Part shown: piece after piece, positions 45,330-60,416 of the stretch
Layout: every line of letters starts with the position of its first letter
Position numbering within the stretch: position 1 is the first letter of the stretch
Assembly: GCA_964016885.1 (NCBI GenBank)
Contig: OZ024742.1
Coordinates: forward strand, 76,632,001-76,696,000
Source: Eledone cirrhosa
Lineage: Eukaryota
Length of the DNA stretch: 64,000 bases
Direction of reading: 5' to 3'
Position numbers and translations under genes: made by a program
Notes under the pieces: model-generated
Database searches by the model: none
Seen by the model: the letters and a program-made list of their open reading frames with translations, nothing else
What the model was told of the DNA's origin: nothing

Positions 45330-47348
45330 TTGCATTTATCTTGCTTTATGTTTATACGAGTTATCACCAAGTCACAACCAGTGACCTCAAGAGACAACAA
45401 GGTCCGCCATGTTCAAGAAAGAACACACATATTCACACATGCATCCTTAGTGTTTAGACTTGTGATGTACTTATATTGACAGGATCTTCCTTAGTATATG
45501 GGCAGTTCCCATTAGTACTATCTTTTGTATTTCTCCTATACGCGGGTTTCCTGGGATTTGCGATAAGTAGTCGTTAGACCCCTTAGGTATCATTCCCAGA
45601 GCGCCTACAACCACTGGTATTGTTTTAGTTCTCAATTTCCACATTTTTCCAATTTCTATCTCCAGGTCCTTATACTTGCTCAATTTTTCAAATCTTTTTA
45701 TAGATACATTCTTGTCTATTGGAACAGACATATCAATTAGCAGGCATACCCTCCTTTGAAAGTCCTTCAATATTATATCAGGTCTATTTGCATCTATTTT
45801 TCGGTCTGTTTGGATGCTAAAGTTCCACAAGATTGAGATGTGATCTTTTTCAAGTATGGGAGGTGGTTGATGCTCCCACCAATTCTTTTGATGGGGCAGG
45901 TCAAAATGCTTACACATTATCCAATGTATGTATTTTGCAGCTCTGTCATGCCTGTTTAGGTATTCGGTTGGAGCTATAGGACTGCACATTGAAATTATAT
46001 GGTCAATGGTGTCTGGTTGTTTTTTGCATACACGGCATAATGGGCTGCACCCATTTTTTATTATGTTGGCTTGGTAATTTTTTGTTGGCAGACACTGATC
46101 TTGTGCGGATATAATCAGTCCTTCAGTCTCCGATTTCAGTCCAGAGGATGCCAACCACTGATGGGTTAAAGTTTTGTCAACATCAGGATTGTTAGCTCGC
46201 TCTGGGTATTTTCCATACAGAGGCTTTTCTTGCCATTTCTTAGCCAGTTTCTGTAGCAGTTCTTTCTTTGCAGTTACTTTTACCTGCTTTGCTTTTTCTG
46301 TGTTTTTCATTCCAGCCGTAAATGGACCTTCTGAAATTTGTAGTCCATTACTGTATCTTTGTGCATCTTTTGTAATGGAATATGATTTTTTGGTGCTTTC
46401 GTGTTTCAAAACGAGTTTGATCATCCAATCATGTGATTCCCTTAGATATGTGGATAATCCAATTGTTGCAGTTTTCAACGCAATGTCTAACTGGATTAAC
46501 CCACGTCCTCCTTCTTTCCTAGGGAGATATATTCTATCTATGTCTGCCTTAGGGTGATGCATTCTGTGCATGGTTAAGAATTTTCGGATTTTTGTATCGA
46601 GCCTACGGATCTCTGTGTTTGACCAGTTGATGACATTGTAACTGTAGGTTACTACTGGTATGGCAAGCGTGTTTATGGCATCGATCCTATTCCTTGCATT
46701 CAATTCCGTTCTTAAGATTGCTCTTACTCTGCGGTAACATTCCTTCCTTATCCTTTCCCTCATTGTCGAGTGCTTGATTCCGTCTCCTTCACAAACACCT
46801 AGATATTTGTAAGTTTTTTCTTGATCAAGTTCTCTTATCACGTTCCCCCGATCAAGATTAATGTCTGAACTCTTCAGCAGCTTTCCTCTGGTGAACGTTG
46901 CTTTGGCGCATTTATCTAGTCCAAACTCCATTTTAATGTCATCACTGAACTGCTTCACAGTGGATAATAGCCCTTGCAATTGTTCATCATTTTTTGCAAA
47001 TAGTTTCAGGTCATCCATGTAGAACAGGTGATTAATGGTTTTGTCATAGACTTTATATCCATGTTTTGTTTCATTGAGCATTTTACTTAATGGTATAAGT
47101 GCGATGCAGAATAAAAGCGGTGATAAAGAGTCACCCTGAAAAATTCCACAATTAATATTAACTTCTCCAGCTTCCAGTAATTTTGTTTCACTATTCAAAA
47201 GGAGTGTCGTTTTCCATATCTTCATACTGAATGACAAAAACCTCCTGACAACGGGGAATACTTTGAAAATCTCTAAACATTTTTCAATCCAACTGTGTGG
47301 CAAACTATCAAATGCTTTTTTATAATCTATCCAAGCAATCGATAGATT

Positions 47349-47351
<3 letters not shown>
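45330..47351 (-). mobile_element. 5'-truncated copy of Dong-like family A (open frame 45471-47303)
   Basis: Near-identical to 39744-41765, including the 3' UTR; bounded by (TAA)n. Confidence 0.92.
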
Positions 47352-47381
<30 letters not shown>

Positions 47382-47394
47382 GTTATTGTTATTC

Positions 47395-48002
47395 CTTGAA
47401 TCTCAGTCATTGATGTTGGTTAACTGGAAAGTCCGTTGGATTGAATATCAAGCCACTACCTGCAGCCTCAGATATTCAGGACGTATCGGAGGGTTCTTGC
47501 TGTTCCAAGCAAGCATGCCTTTTGAAGCGTTCCAAAAAGCGTGAAGGGGCCGATTTTCTTTAACCATCCCTGGAAACTTTTGGAGATAGTCGCCAGTGCG
47601 CCTATGACAATCGGGATCACTTTGACTTCATGGCAGTTCCAAATCCTTTTCACCTCCCACTTTAGGTCCTGGTATCGGTTAATTTTCTCCCTCTCCTTCT
47701 CTTGCACTCTCGTGTCGAACGGGCAGGCCACATCCACAATCAGGCACGATCTTTTTTCTTTGTCCACAACCACCAGGTCAGGTCTATTGTGTTCCAGTTT
47801 TTTGTCCGTCTGTTTCCTAAAATCCCACAGCACCTTCACCTGATTGTTCTCCATCACCGCCTCTGGCCTATGCTCATACCATTTCTCAGAATGTGGTAGA
47901 TTGTTTACTTTGCACAGGTGCCAGTGGATCACCCTGCCCATCACATCGTGTCTCCAGCCCTTATAGTGGGTCTGGGCTAGGTGTTGGGTGTTTACACTCG
48001 GA

Positions 48003-48003
<1 letters not shown>
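47395..48003 (-). mobile_element. 5'-truncated R4/Dong-like family B fragment, copy 2
   Basis: REL motifs RPDLVV, VDVACP, PIVIGALA; same 3' UTR as 44534. Confidence 0.85.
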
Positions 48004-48066
<63 letters not shown>

Positions 48067-48167
48067 GTATATATATATATATATAGATATATATAGTGAC
48101 GAAACATAAGGCAATTGCATGAACTGATAATCCTTTATTTACTGCTATATATATTTCGATGATAGCC

Positions 48168-48390
48168 ATATTGCAAATTTGACTGTCACCAAACATTATG
48201 AACCTGAAGATTGCGAAAGCATGAAAGTACTTGTTCAATTAACACTTAACATTTAATATTCTATCATACCATTTCATTATAATACCATTATAACTTTTAA
48301 AGGATTGTAAATAAAACGAGTAAATCAGACAAAGTTGGAATTCCTCTTATTAATATAATCTTCTATACACAATCATACACACCCGTGTAT
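48168..48390 (+). mobile_element. PLE 3'-end remnant with minimal HHR (48199-48237)
   Basis: tgaac-CTGAAGA-t-tgc-gaaa-gca-t-GAAA-gtac-tt-gttca; same family as 23750. Confidence 0.8.
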
Positions 48391-48395
48391 ATTTA

Positions 48396-48495
<100 letters not shown>

Positions 48496-48496
48496 C

Positions 48497-48618
<122 letters not shown>

Positions 48619-48630
48619 ATAAAATACTAG

Positions 48631-51600
48631 AGTGCATTGGAGTTAAACACACTCGTCGTATTAGAGAAATGATAGTATAGGATATAGCTCAATGTTATCC
48701 AACAGAGCCTAAAAATTAGGGAAGGAGTCTATACTTGTCCCGGCTGACAAGACTAAGAATCTTTACTCTATGGATTGTATTGCCTACCGTAATTTTATTT
48801 ATAAGGAGCTACATAATAATTATAAAAAGACAACGCAGGATAATTTAGATCAAATCAATAATGAGGACGTCAAGATAGTTTCGAGTCTGGGTCTGGATAA
48901 GTATACCCAACCATAATACCCTAGGGAACCGAGATTCACACTTAAGGATCATAAGGTAGACTTCTTGAGTAATCCTGCTGTTAGACTTATCAGTCCTTCG
49001 AAGTCTGATATAGCTATAATTAGTAAGAAAATTCTCGACCAGATTATACCTACCGTTAGGGATAAGGTTCATTTTAATCTATGGGGGAATACTATGGATG
49101 TTATTGATTGGTTCTCTGGTATTTATAAGCTTAAGTCTAGTAGGTTTATCCAGTTTGATATTGACGCCTATTACACGTCGATTTCACCTATCCTCCTCAA
49201 TAAAACCTTAATTATGGCCATGCGAATGTCTAGTCTTACGCGACCCCAGATTGAGGTTATACTAGCGGTCCGTAGGACTATCATCAAATTCGAGGTTACA
49301 CTTTGGACGCGTAAAAATACACCCAACAACTTTGAGGTTACCATGGGTTCGAGTGATTCTGCACAGGTGAATGATCTTGTTGGACTGTACCTCTTAAACG
49401 AACTTTATGTTAACTTTCCGCACCTTAAAGGTGGACCTTATCGTGACGATGCATTATTTGTGATAAACTCTAGTACTAATAACATGGAACATAATAAGAA
49501 GTTATACAAATTTTTCTGAAATGTTAACCTTTCGATGACGATTGATAAAAACGATAGAGCAGTTAATTTTTTAGATGTGACATTAGACTTAGTCACTAAT
49601 AATTATAAACCCTTCCACAAGCCAAATGAGATACTCTCTTACGTTAATCCTAATTCCAACCACCCTAAATCTATGCTTAGTTCTATTATTAATGTTGTAT
49701 CTAATAGAATCTCCTCACTCTCTAAAGATATAGAAATTTTTAATTCGCATGCTGAGTATTATAATAATGCCCTAGCTAACTCTGGTTACTCTGGTAGACT
49801 ACATTATAAAGATGACAATCTTGAAACGACTCCGATTACCCATAATAACGTGATATCCCATAATATGGCCTTAAATAGGGGTAGAAAACTTAGGGGTCAT
49901 AGAAATCATATAGATGTATCCAATCCGAACCCTATGTATAACTACCGCAATAGTAATCGTAATAGTGTGTCTAATGGTACACATTTCGAGATTAGTGTTA
50001 ATGAACAGGATAGACCCTCTGAACTTTCACCCAGTGGTAATGGTTTAGCGGCTTCTAATAGTGTTAATTCAATTGGTCCTCACATAAACCCTGATCATAT
50101 AAATAAGATTAGGGATAGAAATAGAGATAGTAAAGATAAGAATAGGAGAAGGCTTAATACCTACTTTAACCCACCTTATAATCATGAAGTACTAACTAAT
50201 ATCCCTAGGTCTTTCTTTACTATTTTAGAGAAAAATTTCCCTCCTACTAATAAATACCATAGTATCTTTAATAAGAATGTAATTAAACTCTCCTTCTCTA
50301 CTACCCCTAACATTAATTCTCATCTAGCTAGCACTAATAATAGGAAAATTAGGGACAGCTACTGCTCTTTACGTACCACTAATCTAGATAGCGCTATTAA
50401 TAACTTACCACCCGAGCAGATCTTATCTTCTATTAACCCTAGGAATAATACTTCGCGTAATCAGCTAATCACTGTAATCAGCTAATCACTACAATTACAC
50501 GGAAGTGTAATTGTAGATTAAGTAATAACTGCCCTTTAAATGGTCACTGCCTCTCTAGGAATATTGTTTATGCATGTGATGTTAAGACTAATTCTTCCTG
50601 TAAAACTTATATAGGCTCCACATCTAATACTTTTAAAACTAGGTTTAATTCACATGTATCTAATTTTAAGCATATCAAATTTAAAAACTCTACTTCTTTG
50701 GCACACCATAGCTGAGATTTAAAAGGGACTGGTATACCATATAGCCTGCATTGCGTATTGTAGCCCACTCTAATCACCTTTCAACCCACGCTAAATTCTG
50801 TAATCTTTGTATCCTGGAGACCCATTCTATAATTATCTCTAGGAACGAATTGCTTAATAGAAAATCGGAAATATTTTCTTCCTGTCCACATGCTATATCT
50901 AATTCCTGCTTCTATTATAAACCTAAAAGCTCTGATAGTTTAAACCTTATCCATTAGCTGCCTTGTTTCCTTATCTCTTTAGTTTTAGTTCATTATTATT
51001 ATTATTATTAGTTTTTTACGGTTTATTGATTTTAGTTTTTCTAGTTTTTCTAGCTATCTTAGCCTATTTAGCATCTTGACCATAATTACATTTTTACCCA
51101 CCCTTATCGCCTTATATATTTTCTATTCTTATTTTCATCCACGGTTGGAGGGTATCTTATTGAATAGTTTGATTTTAGTCTCCTGCATCTTAGGCTAATG
51201 AACCTCGTCCTTTCTACACTTAATCTTCGCCTTTTGAATATATGTGAATTTTACTTTTATGTTCCTTCCCACCCTCCGTAGTTTCACTTCTTTCTGTTCC
51301 CATTTGTCTACCATAGTTTTAATTGGAGTCTTTACTTTAATAACGTAAGTCGTCAATACATTTTTTTAAATAGATCCTTGATAGTTATTTTAGCTTATTT
51401 ATTGAAATATCTTGATCTTTTTCGGATTTGATGACTTAAATTTTATTCCATATGAAGTGACCCATAATGTCCATTCAACTATTTTTAACATTAATTAAAT
51501 TAATAAGGGTTTCAATTCATTTTTTTGTTTTAGAATAGTAATATCATGTATATTTACCTAACGATTTGTAGCGCCCACGTGATTTTGTGTCTGTGCTTTT

Positions 51601-52289
51601 TTTTCGTCTTATTTTATTTTATTTTACTACCACTTACTGTCTGTCTATCCTACATCTATCAAATATGTCCTTGAAATCATCGCGTAAATATGTCTTAAGA
51701 TTTTTCCCTTGATATTGTGTGTCTGCTATGGAAATATTAATATTAATATATTAATATATTATATTATGTTACATGTAATTGAATTATAAGTATGTTGTCC
51801 GATATTGAAGTACTGATATGTAATATTATATGTATTTGAGCTGCCTATACCTCTGTTTATTTATTGAAATATTTAATATTATTATATTTTATTATATATG
51901 TAATTGAATTATAAGTATGTGTCCGGTATTCAAGTATTGATATGTAATATTGTATGGATTTGAACTGCTTATACCTCTGTATATTTGTTGTCTATATCAT
52001 ATATATTTATATATATATTTGTTCACCATACTATAATTTTATTATATGGTATTATTATATTTTTTTCTTACCCTGTGAAATAATTAATGCCCAATTTGTT
52101 GACTTTAAATGATACGTATGATGAATTTTTATATATTTTTTTATGTTAATATGTTATTCCATTGATTCTGGTATTGCATATTCACACCGCCAGGGTGATT
52201 ATTCTATTATAATGTTTATATTTATATATATATCTGTGTTAGTATGTGTTTGTGTTAGTGTGTATATATGTATCTCAGAGTGAGTGTGG

Positions 52290-52358
<69 letters not shown>

Positions 52359-52700
52359 GTTTTTTATTTCTTATTATCTATTGCATTGTATATTGTATTA
52401 TAATTCTCACATTGTATTACTATATTGTGTTTCATGTATTAGACATATTTTATACTTTCAACGTGGGTTTGTTTTAATGTCTTACTTGCTCTCTTGCTCT
52501 ATAGTCTATATTTACAAATGCACCCGTTTAGCTTTAGCATGTCTTTCCAAGTTAACTTTCCTAAATTTTCATAAATATCAATTCCCTATTCTTCTGAGTT
52601 TTGGCTTGTTCTAGCCATTAATACTTCTTGTCTCTTTACTTATTAATGGGACGAAACATTGTCGGCTAATAAAGACTTTTGATGTATTGAAGGCTTCTTT
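48631..52700 (+). mobile_element. Hydra-clade-like PLE (third family), decayed ORF about 48700-50957 and long AT-rich 3' region
   Basis: PADKTKN, RLISPSKSDI, QFDIDAYY, TMGSSDSAQ, YRDD, NFLDV, SNHP, FNPPY, CNC-x5-C, IVYAC..YIG, CNLC, CPH; 3' boundary uncertain. Confidence 0.8.
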
Positions 52701-52868
52701 GTTTATTTTTTATAATTTTTATAATTTTTATAATTTTTATAATTTATATATATATATATATATATCGGACGTTGATTTTCGTTAATTCCTGAGCTGAAAA
52801 CGATTCTCGCTAATTTATATTTGTATATATATATATATATATATATATAAGTTGAAAAAAATGAAAAC

Positions 52869-52948
52869 GAAATTTCATTTCTCACTCTTAGTATGGCACT
52901 TACTTACATTTAAGTAAGTGCCATACTAAGAGTGAGAAATGAAATTTC
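52869..52948. repeat. Perfect 38-bp inverted repeat with 4-nt loop
   Basis: 52869-52906 / catt / 52911-52948; related single arm at about 8874-8912. Confidence 0.9.
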
Positions 52949-53039
52949 ACATCCGGGATATTGGCGGGTAAATTCAAAGTGAGAACAAAAGAATTAACTC
53001 CCTACAACAGCTAAAGAATTCTGGCTCTCAATCATATGT

Positions 53040-53919
<880 letters not shown>

Positions 53920-54086
53920 ATGTGTTGGTCGTAACCTGATGGTACAAAAAAAGAAACCGATAAAATAAAGAACATATATGAAGAAGTATAATGAGGGCGA
54001 AATCATGGAATAACATCCGTTCAATTAGTTCATGATCTATTGAAAGAAATCTGTGAATGTATACAAAGAAGGAATATATAGCGAAA

Positions 54087-54148
<62 letters not shown>

Positions 54149-54165
54149 TATTTATTTATTTATTA

Positions 54166-54390
54166 AAATAATAACAGATTAAAGTTTAAGCAAAAAATCG
54201 CTGCTTTTACCCTTAACGGGATCTTCTGAAACAGAAGATCATGTTAAGTGTGAAAGCAGCCATTCTTTGCTTAAAATGTAATCTGTTATTTTATTAAATA
54301 TTTGCTCTACGGTTCTTATATATTTGATATATATTTATCCTTATCGAGCCCTCTTTTGATTTTAGTCTTCAAATTTATTATTATTACTAT
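54166..54390 (+). mobile_element. Second fold-back copy of the 9030 family with spacer absent
   Basis: Arms join at gatcttctgaaacagaagatc; same tail. Confidence 0.75.
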
Positions 54391-54391
54391 A

Positions 54392-54459
<68 letters not shown>

Positions 54460-55377
54460 AGTGTATTGGTGTTTGTTTGCGTGTATATGTGTGTGCATTT
54501 GTGTTGGGGTTGTGCATAATTCAGTAATAGGTGTTTACTTGGTAGTGTTCGGACCCGATCTGAAGACAAATTCAGATCAGAAAGGAGAATCAAATCTCAA
54601 CACGTGCATTCTTCGATTCGATGTATCGTTTCTTTGTGTATAATATATTAAAAGACTGACACATTTTAAATTGGTCAGCTTTATATTGCCTCAATTTATA
54701 TTGCCTCTATTAATAAATCTTCTACAAACTGATGTTACTATTTTGAAGTAATCTATTCAAAATCTAATGACATAGGACATTTTTTCCCCAGTCTTCGTTT
54801 ATCATACTATATATAAGACAACTAAAGTCGTATTGATTCGAGCGATATTTATCCTCACTTAAAATTCGTGAGAAAATGAAATCATTTTGTTAACACAGTT
54901 CCAAGACCTTCAACGGCAAGGGGCTTTTTGGGCTGACGTCCCTCCAATTAATTGGAAACTTGTTAACTAATATTGATTTTTACTACAGTGATTTTCTGTT
55001 GACTAAATATTTTAGTATGATCATGATTATTTATTTTATAGTCATGTACTGGTGAGAAAAAAGTGAGCTAATAATAAATAATACACATGTGCTTAACCCT
55101 GCACCGCCTCTATTACCCAAACTCTCATGAACCGTTGAGTTGGTATTCACTTCAGCTCATACCAGAAAATTTGAGATCAGAAAATAAATAAGCAAAAAAT
55201 GTTTTTTTTAACATTAAATTTTCGTCGTTTTACAACAAACTATATAGTTGATAAATATTGGTATCTTTTATTAACAAATGTTTTAGATAAATATCGTATA
55301 TGTTGTTATATATATATATGCAGAGAGAGAGAGGGGGGGGAGAGAGAGAGGGGGGGATAGAGAGAGAGAGAGAGGGG

Positions 55378-55459
<82 letters not shown>

Positions 55460-56464
55460 GTGGGATAATATAAGTGCAATCTGTGAAATTTATTGAAGCT
55501 ACGTCTTAGCCTCCTTCCGACTTTTTTTTTTGTAGTTAATATTAATATTAAATAGTTATACAGTCTCATGACACCTACTGTGTGCATTTTGAACTATAGT
55601 TAATACATGTCTCAATATACTGTTTTTACTCATGCAATCCTGTAAAAGAGAGATTTTTCGCTTTATGTTATTACTTTCTAATAATGATTCATTTTTTTTT
55701 TCATATACGTTACAAACGCAATATTGCGTTATTTCATTAATAGAAATGTATTTATTTCATGCAATCTATATTTCTTACGAACTATTTCATTAAACTAAAA
55801 GGTACTCCTGCATTAATGTATTTCTTAAATATTTAGATTTTTTTTGATATTTATATCTAAGCAACATACCCTTTGCGGTGAAGCTCTAGCACTGAGATAT
55901 TGAATCCAAACTTACATGAAATGACTCATTAATTTCCTAAATAAATTCGGAAAGGAAACTATAGCTTTTCTAATCATTGATTTACTATTAAATTATTCAT
56001 ATGTTCCTCGCAGGAAAATCTTTAATCTCAGTTTTGCTATGTCAATATTGCACTGGGGCTCCACAATTACAGCAACAACATAATATATGAGAAAAACAAA
56101 AAGAAATATGCTCTTAGAAATATCAGTAGTAGGGAATAATGAACAATTTGTTATATGGTAGATTTTCCCATTAGTAAAATGATCAAATTTGGGTGGTGAT
56201 AGCAACATAAGTTGTAACGTTGTACCGTTTGTATCTTATTGATTTTGGCGAGTCACATGTCTCAAAGCTGCAACTGAATAGAATTAATCAGTAATCTTAC
56301 GCTGGAAAATTTCACGCAAGTGTGATTTTTGGTTTCTTGTTAATAGGAAAGTATCCATCAATCAGTACGTACAACTGTGTACGGTAATTAAACTTACAAT
56401 ATATGCAGTTGTGTATATATAGCACACTATTCACACTTAATCTCTCTTGCTTTCTCTCCTATTA

Positions 56465-56522
<58 letters not shown>

Positions 56523-58559
56523 GGCAGGTGGGGGACAGGAAGAGTAGGGCAGAGAGGTAGAGAAAGATATGCAAAAGCGCCTTCATATTTAACATTACGG
56601 GTATGCGTGTGTATGAATTTGTATATTTACCTATGAAGCTGTATTTTCTTGTGTGTGTGAATATATGTCTGCGTGCGCACATGTATGTGTGTGTGTGTGT
56701 GGGTGTGTATGTTTCTCTGGGTGTTCATGTGTGTGTATTACTGTATGTGCATCACATAAATATGTTGCGAAAATGAGAATACAATGACAGCTGTAGATGC
56801 AATTGCTACTTGTATATACTTCCTTCATTTTATCAGAATTTTTTCAATTGAAGATGAAGTTGATATTTCCTTCTGCAAACGAACTTTCAATAAAATTTGA
56901 TTGTTGCTGAATATGAAATGTCTAGAATCATGGCAAAAATATCTACCCTTTAAAGGTTATAAAACTTTTAGTATTGAAACAATTGCTCCCGTTATTCACC
57001 GAAAGAGGCAGAGAATTATGATTACATTGGGACCAACACAAGTATTACGATCTGAAATCTACAACAAACAACGATTATTGGACAAGTGTAATTTCCGTGT
57101 GACTGTGAAAAGATAATATCTACGTTATGCGTGCCATGTGGATCCACAGTGTGAAGATAGCTTGCATTACTCCAATTTCGGAAAGCCAGAAAGAAGAGTC
57201 AAGCCGAAGTACCAAGAAAATTCACACTATTGACGAGGAATCCGTACAAAATCTTGATACGAAACACTGCATGCATATCGCATAAGGATGAACACACTGG
57301 AGCCATTTTCAGAGATATTGCTTATACAATCTGCAGGGACGCCGATGAAGTAAGACAGTGAAACTCAGAAATCCAGTCGTCAATGAGAGATGGATAAGTT
57401 TAGGGAAAAGGCCTGAGTACTTGACAGTTTGAACGTACGTTAATGGAAAATAATATAGTGAGTCACGGTAGTTGTGTTTGTGGCGGGGATGACAATGTTG
57501 TCTTTTCACGGTACCATAATTTCCTGCCATGTTGTTCTAGTAAAACACAAGAAAGTGTTTAAAAATATATTTAAAATCAGATGCAACGGAGAGATGCTGC
57601 AGCCAAATGCACAAAACGTCTCTCATGTCCAAGTGGCTAAACTGTGTCAGAAGAATGGTATCCATGAGTCATGACCTGGATGGGGCCCGCTCTACTTAGA
57701 ATGTATGATTTAAGGGCCGAAAAAATTGCATGAGCGGAGCTTCTTCACTGGCGAAATTCTGCTATCCCACATAATCGAATTTCTTACTACTAATGCCGTG
57801 TTTTAATTGGTATATTTCAAATAATAAATACATTGGCTGTTACGTGTATTACATATTATATCTTACCAATATATACATATATACGATTTACGCATACATT
57901 AATTATATCCTATGTTAACGTATAATTAATAAATTGCCTATACCCTAATATAGAAGTGTCCACTAATTCCATGATGCTGAAGGGAATATGCTCGTATGTG
58001 TAACTACAAGTTGTATTTAAACCTACACAATTGTGTTCTGTACATCGTTGGCCATAAATATCTCGCACATATTTTTTTATATCCCTTATAAATATGGGAG
58101 ATCTTTATGCTCCATGTATATTCTTCCTTAAATAACAATATTCTGTACAGAGTGAGAGAGAGATTGTTATTGGATTTAACTATACGTGTGTTCTCGTCGT
58201 TTGAGACTAGAACACACGTAGATTAGAGAAAATTTGATGAAAATACGAAATTCCTGTGAACTATTAACAACAACTGATCTGTGACAGTAAATTCTGCTTA
58301 CTGTACTCATTGTTCTTTTCGTCTTCACATTCCGCATTTGTTTAACCTACAGCGCTCGTTTTCCTAGATGAACTGTTTTCTCCACTAAGATAATTGCATC
58401 ATGACTAATCAGAATATTGATGTATTCTTCAAACGCAGCCACTCAAGCACAAGTATATTTATCTATGTTCATATACATGCATATACACATATATGTACAC
58501 ACATATACACATAAAAAAAGGAACGATCGACTTTCGTCAAATCGGACGGAGGGAACAAT

Positions 58560-58733
58560 GTTTCCGTTGGTCTTTCCAATTGCTAATACTATCTATCGGT
58601 CGCAACTCCAGGTAGAAGGAGCAACATGAAATAAAGTGTCTTGCTCAAGGACATAACGCATTGCCTGGTCCAGGAATCGAACTCACAACCTTAGGATTGC
58701 GAATCTAATTCTCTAACCACTCAGCCACACGCC
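58560..58733 (-). mobile_element. tRNA-derived SINE head with CORE-like segment
   Basis: Minus strand tggctgagtggtt (A box), gttcgattcc (B box), ccttgagcaagacacttt. Confidence 0.7.
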
Positions 58734-58798
58734 TTCACACATATATATACATATATACATATATATATATACATATATACATATATATATATATATAC

Positions 58799-58945
<147 letters not shown>

Positions 58946-59068
58946 GGAGGTGAGTTTTATTGTAGTACAATAAAGCAATGCAGATATCGGATAAGAAGCA
59001 CTCTACAGTTTGTGGGACTGGAGTATGCATAATATAAGATCAAAAGATGGTTAAAGGAGTTCAATATA

Positions 59069-59135
59069 TTTTATTATGCGCATTTCAAAAACAAACATCA
59101 TCAAACAATAATATTTGTGTTTTCATCAGATAAAA
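59069..59135 (-). ncRNA. Minimal hammerhead ribozyme
   Basis: ttttat-CTGATGA-aaac...gtttt-t-GAAA-tgcgca-ta-ataaaa; palindromic ATGCGCAT; AUA triplet. Confidence 0.8.
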
Positions 59136-59639
59136 CAGGAGAACATGATATGAAGGCTAAAAAAACACTTGTTGATAGTGCAGTTTTAAATCAACATATG
59201 AAAAGTGGTTTTAGATTGATGTGTGATATTGGGAAAAATATTTTATTTAGAGAGGGGGGGAGAGAAAAGGATGAAAAGGGAAGGAGATGAGAGGGAGAGA
59301 TGGGTGATAGAGAGAAAGAGATAGTTTTTATAACTGAGAGGAGATATATTTTATATAGAGGGGTTGAAAACCGTTGGAAGATACTGTATAAATTAAAAAA
59401 TTTGAAAATTAACGAAGGGAGGATATGTGCGAGGAAAAAATATATTATATTTAGGGAGGGGTGGGGGTGGAAAGGATGAAAAAAAAGGGGAGGAGATGAG
59501 AGTGAAGGTGGAAAGGGAGAGATGGGTGATAGAGAGAAAGAGATAGTTTTTATAACTGAGAAAAAGATATAATGTTTTAATATAGAGAGGTTGGGAACCG
59601 TTGGAAGATAATGTATAAATTAAAGGAATTTGAAAATTA

Positions 59640-60360
59640 ACCAAGGGAAATTATGTATGGAGATAGAGAGAAAAAAATAACGAAGGGAAATTATGTATGG
59701 AGATAGAGAGAAAAAAATAACGAAGGGAAATTATGTATGGAGATAGAGAGAAAAAAAATAATAATTGTGGGTGAATATTCTAACGTCAAAAGAAGAAATG
59801 TAGGAATTTTAAAATTAGCAAAGAGAAAAAGTTTATGTGTAGAAGGATTTGAGAAAAATAATGTGAAGTTAAAGTTTTTATATTGAATTCATATGTATTA
59901 ATAATGAGTTCGTTGATGGGGAGAAAAAAATAATAATAAATTAAGGATGAAATTGAGATTAAAAAGATTTATGATAGAGAGAAAAAATAATAATGATTGC
60001 GGATGAATACTCAAAATGTCAAAAACAAATGTTATTGTTTTACGAGGAGATATAATGAGGGTGATGAGTAAACGGGTATTATAGAGTGTATAATGCCCTT
60101 TAAAGTAAGGTAGATGGGTATATTTTAAAGAATATATGAGTATATATTAAAAAAAATATATAATAATAAATTAAGGATGAAATTGAGATTAAAAAGATTT
60201 ATGATAGAGGGAAAAAATAATAATGATTGCGGATGAATATTCAAAATGTCAAAAACAAATGTTATTGTTTTACGAGAAGATAGGATGAGGGAAAGTAGTA
60301 AACGAGTATTATAGAGTGTATAATGCCCTTTAAAGTAAGGTAGATGGGTATATTTTAAAG
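59640..60360. repeat. Tandem duplications inside the PLE 3' UTR (about 39 bp x3; about 230 bp x2)
   Basis: aagggaaattatgtatggagatagagagaaaaaaataacg repeated; about 59930-60130 repeated at 60162-60360. Confidence 0.8.
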
Positions 60361-60416
60361 AGGTGTATGTATATGTGCCTTTGAGAAAAGATTCTAAATT
60401 GATAAAGAATTGAATA

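Noticed and set aside
56900-57780. Possible decayed transposase or host exons (also 2350-3060 and 15190-15700)
   Set aside because: No motif or long frame that I could recognise; needs a tblastx/Dfam search
58660-58733. tRNA gene (also 4604-4700)
   Set aside because: A/B boxes run into SINE body sequence; no proper cloverleaf; the 4604 family is multicopy with TSDs
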